Shown in pieces: positions 13,379-27,212 of a stretch of DNA of 64,000 bases. Origin of the DNA: Octopus sinensis. Taxonomy: Eukaryota. Made by a program: the position numbers and the translations under genes. The notes under the pieces are model-generated. The model saw nothing but the letters and a program-made list of their open reading frames with translations, was not told where the DNA came from and did not search any database. The stretch's first letter is position 1. Every line of letters begins with the position of its first letter. The stretch spans positions 10,850,001 through 10,914,000 of the forward strand of contig NC_042997.1 of NCBI RefSeq assembly GCF_006345805.1. The letters are read 5' to 3'.

Positions 13379-13926
13379 TGTTTCTTTATTAGCCACACAG
13401 GCCTGCACACAGACGGGACAAATTACAAGGTAGAGTTTTTCTTTTGAGGGATAAAAAAAAAGGGGCTTTGGTTGGTTTTCGATCAAAAGGGATCGTAAAA
13501 GGAAAGAAAGAGGAAAGCAAAACAAAAAGAAAAAGGAAAAAAAGGGGGGAATAAAAGGAAAAAGAAAAAATCGGGAAAAAGAAAAAATCGATCAATAGGG
13601 ATCGTTATCACAGAAATGTCAATATAAAGTGTAAAGGGGGGGACAGGTGAGGTTTACCCGTGGAAAGAAAAGCCTACGGAAAAGACCACGGTAACCTCGG
13701 TCAATGAAGTCACGTATATTTTTTTACAAATAAGCAACTCTCTGTATTAATTTTTACGGTTCATAGGATCATGGTCAAGGTGGCTTCGTCATTCATACGT
13801 GCCATCCTTGCTACATTCACCCATCTTTTTTTAAAACATTTACTAGACAAAACTTTCCACTCTACTCTCACTTTCCTCTTCAAGTGATACTTGAAGAAGT
13901 TTATGAGAGATTGACCAGAGAGGAAA
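13379..13926 (-). mobile_element. L1/Tx1-like LINE 3' end (ORF2 C-terminus 13925-13761, 3' UTR, AATAAA), embedded in (TATC)n
   Basis: FLSGQSLINFFKYHLKRKVRVEWKVLSSKCFKKRWVNVARMARMNDEATLTMIL*, a pyrimidine-rich UTR, then gctaataaagaaac(atatc)(TATC)n. Clade call is from recalled similarity. Confidence 0.65.
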
Positions 13927-13941
13927 AGATAGATAGGTAGG

Positions 13942-14074
<133 letters not shown>

Positions 14075-14546
14075 TACCGGAACAACATAGTTACATCTAC
14101 GATTCGACACGAGTTGAATTGTAGACGTAACCATGATTTTCTGATGACCTGAAGAGTTAACTTTGTTTCTTTTCATATAATTAATCAATATACAATTGTA
14201 TAATACTGAGCATACATATTTATACAAGGATATTATACGTATATTTTTTGCATACTGAATTTAATACAGCCTGAAGAAGGTTATGAAAGGGTTGTAATCG
14301 TATGGAAGTGATATGGAAAAATAAATCTATCTTCACCTCGCCCACCTCCTGACTTTATGCTTATTTGCTCGTCACTGAAAAATATATCGCTCAGATTTTC
14401 TAACTTTTCAGTTACACGGATAGATTGCATTATACTACATTGTAATTGATTAATCAATTAATACGTAATTGATTCACGCGATTCCGAATAGAATGCTTAC
14501 TGTGATAGATGCATTCATTCTGTGATTCTATATTTTTATACTACTG

Positions 14547-14598
<52 letters not shown>

Positions 14599-14807
14599 TG
14601 TGTGTGTGTGTGTGTACTCACGACAGCTTTCCACAGTGTCTGCCTATTAAATTCACATGCATAAGGCATTGATTGACCCGAGGTGTTATAGAAGACACTT
14701 TCCCAAAGTACTGCGTAGTGGGACTGAAGGCGAAATCACGTGGTTGCGAAGCGAACATTTTAATCACGCGGCCATGCTTTCGCGAAATGCATACAAATAT
14801 GCCAACC

Positions 14808-14906
<99 letters not shown>

Positions 14907-15560
14907 TTACACATTCATCGTCGGAGAAGGTTAATATTCTAAACGATTAAGATCAAGATTATAGTGGTGCGTTTGCATGCAAGCATTATCACCGACATAA
15001 GTGAACTTATACACTTCTGACAGTGTATGTAAGTGTGTGCATGTATTTGCGTACTAGATGACATTTTCGTTTCATCTCTCTCGTTTTAGCATGGTTTAAA
15101 TAGATCTGCACATCATTATATGTATCTGTGCCCATTCATTCTCACAGTTCTGACATCTAAGAGTTAATTTGACGATATCTACATGGTTTCTAAATAGTTT
15201 CTTCATATGTATAATCCATAGATTTGCTCTTGTAAATTGCCCAATGTTTCTGTTTATCACTCTCCAGTAAAATGTAGAACGCGAGATGTTAGATTTTTCT
15301 CTTCCTTACAACAATCCAATTTATTATTCCATTTTTTAACCATTTACATTTTCTAATGCTCAGTCGTTTCCTTTGCTCACTGCCTGTCTGTTATATTTCA
15401 TATTGCTCTCTCAATACATCAAAGACTGCTGTTTATCCTAGTAACCACTGGTACTGAGTTGCCATACAAATTAAACTGTAAGAAACTATGTATTAGAAGC
15501 ATGGTACTGCGAATCGCTTTTGACATAATCAATAAAAGAAAGAGCTTTAGTGACTATACT

Positions 15561-15789
15561 CTTTTACTTGTTTCAGTCACTTGACTGTGGCCATGCTGGA
15601 GCACCGCCTTTAGTCGAGCAAATGGACCCCAGGACTTATTCTTTGCAAGCCTAGTACTTATTCTATCAGTCTCTTTTTGGCGAACCGTTATGTTACGGGG
15701 ACGCAAACACACCAGCATCAGTTGTCAAGCGATGTTGGGGGGACAAACACAAACACACAAACATATACACACACACACGCACACACACG

Positions 15790-15844
<55 letters not shown>

Positions 15845-16020
15845 TATATATACGACGGGCGTCTTTCAGTTTCCGTCTACCAAATCCACTCACAAGGCTT
15901 TGGTCGGCCCGAGGCTATAGTTGAAGACACTTGCCCAAGGTGCCATGCAATGGGACTGAACCCGGAATCATGTGGTTCGTAAGCAAGCTACTTACCACAC
16001 AGCCACTCCTACTCCTACGC
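15561..16020 (-). mobile_element. SINE-B (tRNA head + ccttgggcaag core + internal microsatellite + tail). Other copies: ~10236-10821, 13137-13210, 14616-14808, 25294-25445, 39890-40308, 52798-53131, 62000-62130 (+)
   Basis: Head ggagtggctgtgtggtaag...gggttc(a)gtcccac; tail ending cagtcaagtgactgaaacaagtaaaagagta. Confidence 0.88.
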
Positions 16021-19000
16021 CTACTATATCTAAGTAAGTTTTATATAACTCACCAGATGCATAATCTTAAAGTGGAAAAGTGATTGTCTATGAAGAAGCT
16101 GAGAACAAATAGGTATCTGAAGCATCAGATGCTTGCATGAGAAAAGATTTCCCATTCGTTTTTGTTTTGCTCCAGGTCATCTCTGATAGAGCAGATCTGT
16201 AATCGAAGCCGTGACTGTGCCATATTTTTGTATATCTAGGTCTATACTGTAAGTTGGGCAAATTTGGCTGTTATTTTAGTAGTTCGAATGACACTGGGAA
16301 TATTCTCACGTTGGTTTGTAGTGACAAATTTTGTCACAGGGCCAGTAGTTTCGGAGGCGATGGAAAGTCGATTACGTCGACCTCAGGGCTCAACTGGTAC
16401 TTATTTTATCGATCTCGAAAGGATGAAAGGCAAAGTCGACCTTGGCGGAACTTGAACTCAGAACGTAAAAGCTGATGAAATGTCACTAAGTATTTTGCCC
16501 GGTTTGCTAACTATTCTGCCAGCTCGTCGCCTTACGTTTGTTCGTAATATTGGTTTCAAATTTTGGCAGAAGGCCAACAATTTCGGGGGAAGAGCTAGGT
16601 CGATTAAACTGACCCTTGGGGGTGAGGGAAAGTCGATTACATTGACCGCAGTGTTCAACTGGTATTTATTTAAACGACACCGAAAGAATGAAAGTCAAAG
16701 TCGATCTCGACAGAATTTTGAATCCAGAACGTAAAGATGGATGAAATATCGCTAAGTATTTTATCCGGCGTGCTTAACGATACTACCAGCTCGACACCTT
16801 AAGTTGGTTCGTAATATTGATATGTAAACCACTTGTGTGATAGACTAAAATAACATAGTTTTAGTGTTGCAATTGACTAAAATGATTTGATTAGCTTTGA
16901 TTAATTTGAACTCAAATTTAGGATTACAGCAAAATGAGAAAATATTAACTGTTCATATTTACATTGATAGTAATAATAAAACACACACTGAAGATGATGT
17001 GGTTTTACTATTGATAATATAGAAATAAACACCATTGATACAACACCCAACTTCGTCCAAGATACATTTTCAATTCTTTGTTGGAAATATTTTCATTATT
17101 AATGGCTCTTAGAAATAGTACTGAGCATCACAAATCTTGACTTCATGCTCCAAAAAGGTGACGTTTGAAACCTTTGTTAAAAATAATAACATTAACTTGA
17201 TTAATTTTTAGAGTTTTGGTTATTAATATTTATAATACATAGGAAATGTTAAACTGGTATGTTATATTTCTTTTAATGATTAATCTGGGAAAAATATGTG
17301 GTATCCATCACATTTTAACTTCTTTTATTCTAGTGTATAGAAGGGAAATTGGGTGAGATTTGTGTGTGTGAACTTAATGTACACGTTGAGCCGCTTCAAG
17401 CTGGTATTAGGTTGGTAGTTTCAAAAACTGTATTTCGAAAGGAAAAGAATTAGTGATTAATATGGTGTCTGGAGTAAAACAAAATGGCTGTGATAAAATC
17501 AAAAGAAAAGATTACTGCACAGGCTATTGCTGTTTAGTCCAGCCCAACCCATACAGAGGACACTCCAATCGTAAGACATTCCAAACGTAACCCATGACCA
17601 TCCCATCTTTTTCAGACTGTATTTTATATCTACATTGTCCTATTATATGAGAAAGATTTGACTATTGTTTCTAGCCGGTCGATCGAGAGGCTTCCTCGTT
17701 GGCTCAAGGGGAACAAGTGGTTTTAGGTAGAGGAGCATAGAAGTAAGAAAAACAGAAGCCATTGTAGTGTCAATAAAATTGTCCCTGAAAGGACACGTCT
17801 TACTGGAGAATTAGTAATTATAATGTTTAATGACAAGTAAATGTTAATGGCATGAACTGGAACTGATTAAATTGCCAATTTCCCTACAAAAGTGTAACAA
17901 ATGTCAGAAATTATTAACTGAATATTGTTTGACAGCACAAGACAATCTGGTGAACAAAGAGCCGGGAGGTGGGGGACTCCTACATGACACAATCACTAGA
18001 CCTGCTAGAAAGAGCAGCCGAATCTCCCTCAGATCATACTCTGCTGTCTTAAATCAGGAAGAACACATTATGTACTGTGGATCTATGGCCCTAGGCACAC
18101 TTAAAAACGATTGGATAGTCACGAGAGAAAAGTTTTTAACCATAGCTCTACTCGATCAGGGTTAGCCTGGGGCTAAATAAGAACATCTGCAAATAAACTC
18201 GTGACCTTCATTAAATATTGTTTTTAAAGCCATAAAAATGTTGAATGTCGATGAATAATTCAGAACTGAAACCCATGTCAATATATTTTGCTTTGCTTTG
18301 TTTGTTTTCTTCTCTTTTGTCAATATATTTATTCAATAAAACACAAGATCAAGGATGACTGAAACACATCTAACAAGTTGAATGTAGCATTTCACAAGTC
18401 GAAGTTCAGTTAGTGGAAATATATTTGACTGGACATAGAAAATATTGCAGACACAAAATGTAAGATACACTTAGATGTCATTATTCTAGATAAACTCATA
18501 CACATCACATGTCATTATTCTAAACGGCAAGAATTTTGAACGTCTGATTTGATGGCATCTAGTTTTCCTCTGTGTTGCAAGTTCAAATTCCACCAGGATT
18601 CACTTAGCTGTCTATTCATCTCAGTATATTTGAGAGGATTTACTGAAATGTATACACTCATTGCAGATTTGGCACAAATATTAGAGTATTCGGATATATA
18701 GTCAATAGTAACTCCTATAGCACTCATGTTTCTTGCATCAATCCAATCCTACAATAGTCGCCAAATATGCTTTTCATTTGATCTGGGGTTTCTTGTCTTT
18801 TGTATTATTTCTTCGTCAGAGAAAGCAGAGTGGCATCCCACGGCCATTGCATGGATTTCGAGACTAGTGGGGATGGGAAATATGAAGCGAAACCACGATT
18901 TATTAGGTGCAGTCAATAAATCACTTAATAATAAGCATATCTCTGATTTACCCAGTTTCACTCAAGGCATGGAGCGATCCAATGGAGAAGAAGTATGAGA

Positions 19001-20319
19001 GACGACGTTTACTGAAAGAACCACGCAGTGCGATCGAACCTGGAGTCATATGATTACGAAGAAAAATCCTTTTAGTACCCAGCTATACCTGCGCCCACTA
19101 TACTTCCAGTCTTAATGAAATAAATACTGATAATATCTGGTATTGACACAACTTACTTTATTTTCAAAATTGACCGCTAGTCTAAGTTTTAAAAAATCAT
19201 TTCAATTTGCAGTTGGTCCAAATTTACGTTTCTTATGGTAGCAGTAGTTTTCAAAATGGTATAAACTTCACACGTTTCCACACTTTTAAGACTCGGGTTC
19301 CATGTCTGAGCAGAGAACGTAAAGTGAAGGAAGTTGATATCACCAGTTTAATATTCAGACTATGTTTAAAAGTATTGATTGGTGCGAGGCTTAAATCCAC
19401 TTCGTGCCGATGAAACAATAGTAATGATTTCTAATTTAGGCACAAGGCCAGCACTTTTAAAGATAAGGGGTTTACTCGATTACATCGACCCATCACTTAA
19501 CTATTACTCCTCAGGAGTTTGAAAAAGGTAAAATTCGCCCTCGACAGGATTTGAACTCGGAACATAAATATCCGAAGCAAATATTGTACGTCATTTTCTC
19601 CAACGCTCTTAGCGATTCTGCCTGCTCGCCGCCTCTGAAACAATTGTAATGGAATAAGGTCAATCAATTATACTTCTTCTTCTTCTTAAAGAAAGAAAGA
19701 TAACAGAAAAGGATCTATAAAGTAATTGCATAAGTTATGTTTCAGGAGACAAGAGATAAATTTCTGCCTTCCAAAATAATAATTTAGTATCATGGTGGAG
19801 TCCAGCTGTGTTCCTAAAAAAAGATTCACTTGAACTGTTATCTCTAAAGAGACTTAATTCAGGTTAAGTGAGCCATTCGATAAATAAAGATCGATAAAAT
19901 GAGAACTAGACGAAATAAATAGCAAAGTGCTTGAAGGTGGAGCCTCGGTAGATTCGCAATCCAATGACTAAAACTAGTAAAGAGTAAAAGTGAAAGATTT
20001 TTAAATAAAACTGTTTCAGCCATTGAACTGTGGCCATCTGGAATATTCCTTTTAACAGCTTTAGTCAATTATATCTATTATACTGATCAAAGTAATTTGT
20101 CTCATACATATTTTATATACTTTGCAAGGCAGAACTGCAATATCGATTTGGGTGTAACGAGAAGTTACAAAGTTGGTGCTGCTGTTATGCACAATAACAT
20201 CCAGAGAAAGACCACTCGGCTGACTGGCACGCCATCACTAACCGATTGATTTCAATAATTGTGCGTTGTGTCTGTGCATTAGTTCACAGTTTGTGTGTGT
20301 GTGTGTGTAAGTACGCATG

Positions 20320-20383
20320 CATGTATGTATGTATGTATGTATGTATGTATGTATGTATGTATGCATGTATGTATATATGTATG

Positions 20384-20417
<34 letters not shown>

Positions 20418-20475
20418 TGTATGTATTATCTATTACGTATGTATGTATGTATGTATGTATGTATGTATGTATGTA
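20320..20475. repeat. (TATG)n microsatellite. Related (TACA)n at ~1455-1525 and 4826-4930; (TG)n at 14549-14614 and 22829-22948; (TTA)n at 6367-6440; (TA)n(GA)n at 28085-28185
   Basis: Visible directly in the sequence. Confidence 0.97.
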
Positions 20476-20514
20476 TTATGTATATATTTATCAGATGCAT
20501 ATGATATCAGAGCG

Positions 20515-20920
20515 ACTGTCTATGGAAATTCTTGTATGCTTACGACCTAGATCTTATAGTCGAAGAAATAAGGGATATGTTGAAAACGTGGAAGCAAAGC
20601 CTAGAATTGAGAGAACTAAATGTAAACACAGTAACTCTACTGCCTCTTGAGATACAGCTATACACGATATACAGAAAAGGCGTCGGCAGGAGGTCTATAC
20701 TGTATACTCATTGTAAACTATATTTATATAAATGTTTAGTGGAGCCTAAAGCACACTGCCAAAGGATTACATATTTAGCGACTACGCAAAAATGTATGGC
20801 AATAGGAACGCCCATGTTCGACAAACTTTCAACTGCTTCAGAAAGCTCATTAGAAATAGTTGACTTCTGTTATTGCTTAGATAACCTAATCAACGACGAA
20901 AATATAGCGAAAGCATAAAA
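20515..20920 (+). mobile_element. Degenerate RTE ORF2 fragment, same family as 62617-64000
   Basis: YAYDLDLI (YADD-like), WKQSLE, RKGVGRRSI and LEIVDFCYCLD align with the 63 kb copy. Confidence 0.75.
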
Positions 20921-21131
20921 AACAGAATCAGGATCGTGGTAGAAAATGTTCAAAGCTCTTGTTGCAATAATGGATTTCTCTCTCCAGAAGAGGTGCAAAT
21001 AATATGACGTTTCTCACAACATGCAATGTTGCATAATAGCGAGATAGCGAGACATGCGCACAAAAACTGAAGATGATGCATGATGGATAGAAAGTAATAA
21101 GATGAATGTCCTTCATTAAATGCATCGTGTC

Positions 21132-21178
<47 letters not shown>

Positions 21179-21305
21179 ATATATATATATATATATATAA
21201 TAGAAATATTAAAATTACTAAGTCTCTCTAATAAGCGGTCAGCTTTATTCTTATTTTTATAAGAATGCCATATTAGTATGGCGATAACTAATATATATAT
21301 ATAAT

Positions 21306-21380
<75 letters not shown>

Positions 21381-21382
<2 letters not shown>

Positions 21383-21793
21383 CTTTACTGCCCACAAAGG
21401 GCTAAACATAGAGGGGACAAACAAGGACAGACAAACGGATTAAGTCGATTACATCGACCCCAGTGCGTAACTGGTACTTTATTTATCGACCCCGAAAGGA
21501 TGAAAGGCAAGGTCGACCTCGGCGGAATTTGAACTCAGAACGTAACGGCAGACTAAATACCTATTTCTTTACTACCCACAAGGGGCTAAACACAGAGAGA
21601 ACAAACAAGGACAGACAAACGGATTAAGCCGATTATATCGACCCCAGTGCGTAACTGGTACTTATTTAATCGACCCCGAAAGAATGAAAGGCGAAGTCGA
21701 CCTCGGCGGAATTTGAACTCAGAACGTAACAGGATACGAAATACGGCTACGCATTTCGCCCGGCGTGCTAACGTTACTGCCAGCTCGCCGCCT
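21381..21793 (-). mobile_element. SINE-A dimer (tRNA head + Meta/MESC-like central domain). Other dimers at 25591-26004 and ~43195-43512; monomers or fragments at ~7467-7663, 16250-16800, 19440-19635, 26165-26345, 29131-29545, 47416-47540, 47566-47778, 51868-51972
   Basis: Head ggcggcgagctggcag...gagttcaaattcc; core gtcgactttgcctttcatcctttcggggtcgataaattaagtaccag. The domain name is from recall. Confidence 0.88.
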
Positions 21794-21906
21794 TGCGTGT
21801 CGGTATATATAAACGGCGGAACATAAGTGATTTAAGAGACAAAGTGAACATTAGAGGAATGATGTCCGTAACACGCAAAAACTGCGATGGTACGACCATG
21901 TGATGC

Positions 21907-21910
<4 letters not shown>

Positions 21911-21963
<53 letters not shown>

Positions 21964-22620
21964 AATTATTGTATACAGTGCTCAGGTGCACCACAACTTG
22001 TCAAAAGTGCATATAAAGTACATGCAGTAATGTACAAATGTCTGGAAAGTGAACAGTGTATGAGTCAGATACATGCTTGTGTGTGTATGGAGGGGAGAAA
22101 ATCAAGTGTAGCAGGAAGCATGGAAGTTTTGAAGGATGCAGTGCTCCGACAACTAACAACCGATGCCGGCAGTTTGTTCCATGCTTCAGCAACTCTCAGC
22201 GGGAAAAAATGTTTCCTGAAGTCATGGGAGCTGTGCTGTTTTTTACTTTGTAAATATGTCCACGGGTGTTAGATGGATGGAGTTTGAAGAGGTGCTCAGA
22301 GTTATTGTTTGTGCGATGGTTGATAATTTTATGGGTGTCTGCCAAGTCAGCTGCCAGCCGTCGGAGTTTCAATGTGTCCATGCCCAGGGAAGTAAGGCGT
22401 TCAGGATATGGCAAATGCCTGATGGAGGGTATTCTTTTGGTTGCACGTCGCTGAACAGCTTCCAGACGATTGATGTCCTGGGCAAGATAGGGGTTCCAGA
22501 CCGGTAATACAAATTCCAGGTGAGGTCTTACCATAGCTATATAAAGCCGCAGATAGATAGCCGGAGAGCGGCTCACAAAGGATTTGGTGAGTGATGCCAA
22601 GACACCCTCAGCCTTCTTGA
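21911..22620 (-). mobile_element. CR1-group LINE 3' end with (TTA)n tail
   Basis: LYIAMVRPHLEF..PVWNPY...LEAVQRRATK...RRLAADL...NTRGH...FRKHFF..RVAEAWNKLP, then a UTR ending in (TTA)n at 21911-21960. A ~50-bp remnant of the same 3' end lies at ~52372-52426. Confidence 0.92.
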
Positions 22621-22826
22621 CAAGAATAATGATAACCGAAAAAGAAGTGTCAAGCGAGGAACCTGCGAGGGAGGAAGTTTGGAATGTTCTGGGAATAAGT
22701 TGCGAAGGATTGTAACGAGTGACGAAATGCTGTAATAAAGTAGGCCTCTCCAGCATGAAAAAGTGGATGCAAAATAATGATAATGTTTAATACACTACAT
22801 CTCCGTACGTTCTATCTATGTGCATG

Positions 22827-22896
<70 letters not shown>

Positions 22897-22907
22897 TGTG
22901 TGTCTGT

Positions 22908-22949
<42 letters not shown>

Positions 22950-23179
22950 TAAGACAATGTGACTGCCATTAGCAAAATTATGGAAAGTCGTTTCTCCTTA
23001 ATCTCAATTCCCCGCTAAATACCGCCTAAGAGGCAAACACAGCTACATTACACTACTACGTTAAACACACTGTCTTCCACTGACCTCGCTTATCTTCATT
23101 GTGGAAAGAGAGAGGTAGCTCCGGAACTACAATGCGGGATAAATACTTTAGTAGATAGTTCTACCTCCTATTTAGTTCC

Positions 23180-23565
23180 GTGGAGGCGCAATGGCCCAGT
23201 GGTTAGGGCAGCGGACTCGCGATCATAGGATCGCGGTTTCGATTCCCAGACCGGGCATTGTGAGTGTTTATTGAGCGAAAACACCTAAAAGCTCCACGAG
23301 GCTCCGGCAGGGGATTGTGGTGATCCCTGCTGTACTCTTTCACCACAACTTTCTCTCACTCTTACTTCCTGTTTCTGTTGTACCTGTATTTCAAAGGGCC
23401 GGCCTTAGTCACTCTCTGTGTCACGCTGAATATCCCCGAGAACTACATTAAGGGTACACGTGTCTGTGGAGTGCTCAGCCACTTACACGTTAATTTCACG
23501 AGCAGGCTGTTCCGTTGATTCGGATCAACCGGAACCCTCGTCGTCGTAACCGACGGAGTGCTTCC
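23180..23565 (+). mobile_element. SINE-C (tRNA-derived). Other copies at 43715-44065 (+) and 49511-49890 (-)
   Basis: A box tggcccagtgg, B box gtttcgattcc. TSDs: atttagttcc (23170/23570), tattatgacgaa (43703/44066), aacatcc (49503/49895). Confidence 0.92.
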
Positions 23566-23759
23566 CTCCATTTAGTTCCACATCTCATATCGATAACAAC
23601 CCGCCCATCCGCCTTAAACTGTTGCTGTTGCATGGTAATCGTGTTAGTCACGCAAAAACATGGTAAACGTGTTAGTCACGCAAAAATATAGTTTCACAGT
23701 TGTAATGAAGACGAGCTATCTAGGCGTTTGATATGAAGGGGAAAGGTATATAGACCTAT

Positions 23760-24080
23760 AATATAAAATAAACTGGAAGTTTTTTACGAAACAGCTCGCT
23801 AACCATAGACCATGTCTGTGAATGAAGCAAGGTGCCGTCCAGATGGAAGGAGAAATGGTAGTGGAATGATGTAGAGAATAGAGTTATAAGAGGTAAGAAA
23901 CGAATCTGGAAAGCTTGGGAGGAAAACTGAGGGCAAGGGACAATGTCGGGTAACTCGATGTTATGCAAGGTAAGATGAAAATGAAAGATTTGTGAATGTT
24001 CTGCGATAAAATGACCAGCAGTTTCATCTGTTCCAATTGCAAAGTGCATCTGTGTAAATATTAGAGAAAACTGTATATGG
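23760..24080 (+). mobile_element. Possible piggyBac-like transposase C-terminal cysteine-rich remnant
   Basis: QCRVTRC...FCDKMTSSFICSNCKVHLCK with stops and frameshifts; no TIRs found. Confidence 0.3.
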
Positions 24081-24569
24081 AATGTTAACTGTTCGCTACC
24101 TTCACAGACATCGAGAAGAATGACGCAGGGAAATGCTACTACAAATAGGCCCAACAAAAGGTAAGTTAAGGATGAGAAGACAAAAAATCATCAGCTAGAC
24201 CATCAGAGATAATTGCTGAGATACCGAAAGCATTCCGCTACACACACCACGGGTTAGTCCCCCGCATAGTCAATCAGGTACAACAGTTATGTGTCATCTT
24301 GATATGTGATGTATTATTACTATCATCAACTGCTACAGGGACAAATGAAAAGTTCTAGAAAAAAAAATCAACATGGGCATCAAATTGATGGACTAAGTTA
24401 CGAAAAATAACAAAAGCTTTATCAGAATTAATGAAGAAATTATTTTAAAATTTATTGATATTACATTCTTTTTTTTTTAAGTCACTGAAATTTGACGCTT
24501 GATTTGTTACTGTTTGATTGCTTTTTTTTTTTCTCATTGAAAGGTAAACATCAATTTATTGAAAATTTT

Positions 24570-24790
24570 TTGCGCACGTTATTCACCAAGCTAATTAGAA
24601 AGACAGTTAGCTTAGATGAAATGTAGTTGGGATTTACGCCAGGATTAAGCACACCGATGCCCTCTTCTACGTGAATCAACTACAGGAGAATTTCTTAGCT
24701 AAGAGCAAGCCTCTGTACTTAGAATTCGTTGAACTTGAGTAGATTTTTTACGATGGACTACGATTTGAGACCTAATCAGCAGTGAAGGTG
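24570..24790 (+). mobile_element. Degenerate RTE RT fragment
   Basis: SLDEM*LGFTPG..S/TDALFYVNQLQENFLAKSKPLYLEFVELE resembles the GFxPGxSTxDAIF..RQLQEK..F.D.EKAFD motif. Confidence 0.65.
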
Positions 24791-25229
24791 AGTGTTCTGA
24801 AAGCACAGTAGCCATAGAAACAATGGGATGGAAAAGTTCAGAGAAGCATTCCCCGTACCAATTCTAGCGGACTGTATATAGTGGGTGCAGTATTACATAA
24901 CGAAGTATGGCGTTGAAAACGGAAGATATTCAAATACTGGTAACAAATGAGGTGAATATGTTCCCGCAAGGTGTGTATTATTAGAATGAACAACAGAGCA
25001 CAAATGACCTGAGATACAATAAAAATGTGTATAAAAGGGATTGGCTGTATCGTGTAAGAGAGGAGACTGAGTTGGCAGAGACATATTTTGCGTGTGAAGA
25101 ATGACAGTTGGTCAAGAAGCGCTGAACGATCCAAACAGAACGAAACAACATATATATATACATATAATGATGATGATGAAGGTATACACGCACGCGCGTG
25201 CGTATACATTTACATAAGCTAGTATGTAA

Positions 25230-25295
<66 letters not shown>

Positions 25296-26468
25296 GACGG
25301 ACTTCTTTCAGTTTCCGTCTACCAAATCCACTCTCAAGGCTTTGGTCAGCTCGAGGCTACAGTAGAAGATACTTGCCCAAGGTGCTACGCAGTGGGAATA
25401 AATCCGGAACCATTTGGTTGAGAAGCAAGCTTCTTACCACACAGTCGCACGACCCCAGTATTTATTTCAGGTCTGCACTTATTTTATCTTTCTTTATTAT
25501 TGAATTTAAAAAGTTTTTTTGGTTTCCAACATAAAAAAAACACAACTCAACACACGGATAAGCACACACACACATATATATATATATATATTTCTTTACT
25601 GCCCAAAAGGGGCTAAACATAGAGGGAACAAACAAGGACAGACAAAGGGATTAAGTTGATTACATCGACCCCAGTGCGAAACTGGTACTTTATTTATCGA
25701 CCCCGGAAGGATGAAAGGCAAAGTCGACCTCGGCGGAATTTGAACTCAGAACGTAACGACAGACGAAATACCTATTTATTTACTACCCACAAGGGGCTAA
25801 ACACAGAGAGGACAAACAACGACAGACAAACGGATTAAGTCGATTATATCGACTCCAGTGCGAAACTGGTACTTAATTTATCGACCCCGAAAGGATGAAA
25901 GGCGAAGTCGACCTCGGCGGAATTTGAACTCAGAACGTAGCGGCAGACGAACTACCGCTAAGCATTTCACCCGGCGCGCTAACGTTTCTGCCAGCTCGCC
26001 GCCTTAAGCACACACAAATATATAATACGGTTCCGGCAATTTCTGTTTATCAAATTCTATTCACAAACTATTGATTAATCTGTAAGGATACGTCTTAATT
26101 CCAAATTATTTCAGGATGTACGGGAGATAACTCTGACACGTCTTCACTGTACCTATTTCAAATTTTGACAGTCAGCAATTTGTGGAGGCAAGGTGTTCAG
26201 TCGATAGCATCGACTGCAGTACTTTCATCCGAAAGAAGGAAAGAAAGGCAAAATTGATCTCAGTGGGATTTGAACTCAGAACGTAAAGAGTCGAAAAAAA
26301 TACTGCAAAGCATTTTGTCCGACACAGTAACGATTCTGCCAGCTCTCATCTTTTTCTTCCCCGACGTTTGATGAGAAAAGTACTACGTAGGTGTACAATA
26401 GTGTGCGTGTGTGTGCGCGTACACGCATCAAAGTGACCGTCTTTAAAGCGTTGGATAGAATGTATAGC

Positions 26469-27212
26469 GGATCTTTTCGGTTTGAACGGCCGAAAGAAGT
26501 CTGTTAAAAGCCCTGAAAACCAAAATGGTTATGGCTGAAGCCATGTTATTTCACACTCCTTCTAAACGTGATATTTTATACAACTATTTTATTTTCAGGA
26601 TCTTTTCGGTTTGAACGGTAGTTTTTTCTAGCGGTGTCATATGAAATTATCACCCATAATTATGGCCCTAGTATCGATCTATTGCATTTCAATCTGTTTT
26701 AGGGTTAGGGTTAGGGCTGGGTGGAAGGGCATCTTTTTTTTCTTCAGAAATGTAAATAAACCCAATCTGTTTCTTAAACGAGGGACATATTCATACGGCA
26801 CAGAATGTTTTCACCTCAATAGACGTCATTGATTGGTTGAAATTACAGGAATTGAATAAAAAAACAACAAATATCTTACAAACTATAGAATTTAGGGTTA
26901 GGGTTAGGGCTGGGTGGAAGGGTATCTTATTTTCTTCAGAAATGTAAATAAACCCAATCTATTTCTTAAACGAGGGACATATTCATACGGCACAGAATGT
27001 TTTCACCTCAATAGACGTCATTGATTGGTTGAAATTACAGGAATTGAATAAATAAAAAAGCAACAAATATCTTACAAACTATAGAATTTTCTCAATAAAG
27101 CCAAGAGAAAAAGATGTTTTATAAACACACATTCTGCCAGTATATGAAGTTTAAAAGTGTTTAGTTACGTGGAAATTATCTTAAAAAACTGCCGTTCAAA
27201 CCGAAAAGATCC
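26469..27212. mobile_element. Non-autonomous DNA transposon with 22-bp perfect TIRs and 8-bp TSD (Merlin-like?)
   Basis: TIR GGATCTTTTCGGTTTGAACGGC at 26469-26490 and 27191-27212; TSD TGTATAGC at 26461-26468 and 27213-27220. Confidence 0.88.

Noticed and set aside
14265-14310. CUGAAGA followed by a stem II-like hairpin
   Set aside because: GAAAC is absent, so it is at best a relic.
22620-22780. Upstream part of ORF 22196..22756 as a continuation of the CR1 element
   Set aside because: Similarity stops near 22620. The rest may be an inverted piece of another LINE but is too decayed to call.
21381-26004. Recurrent near-identical ~200-bp units as a CRISPR-like array
   Set aside because: They are dispersed SINE dimers without spacers, in eukaryotic context, with no cas genes.
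26698-26920. TTAGGG runs as a telomere or fusion site
   Set aside because: Only three units each, inside a TIR element.
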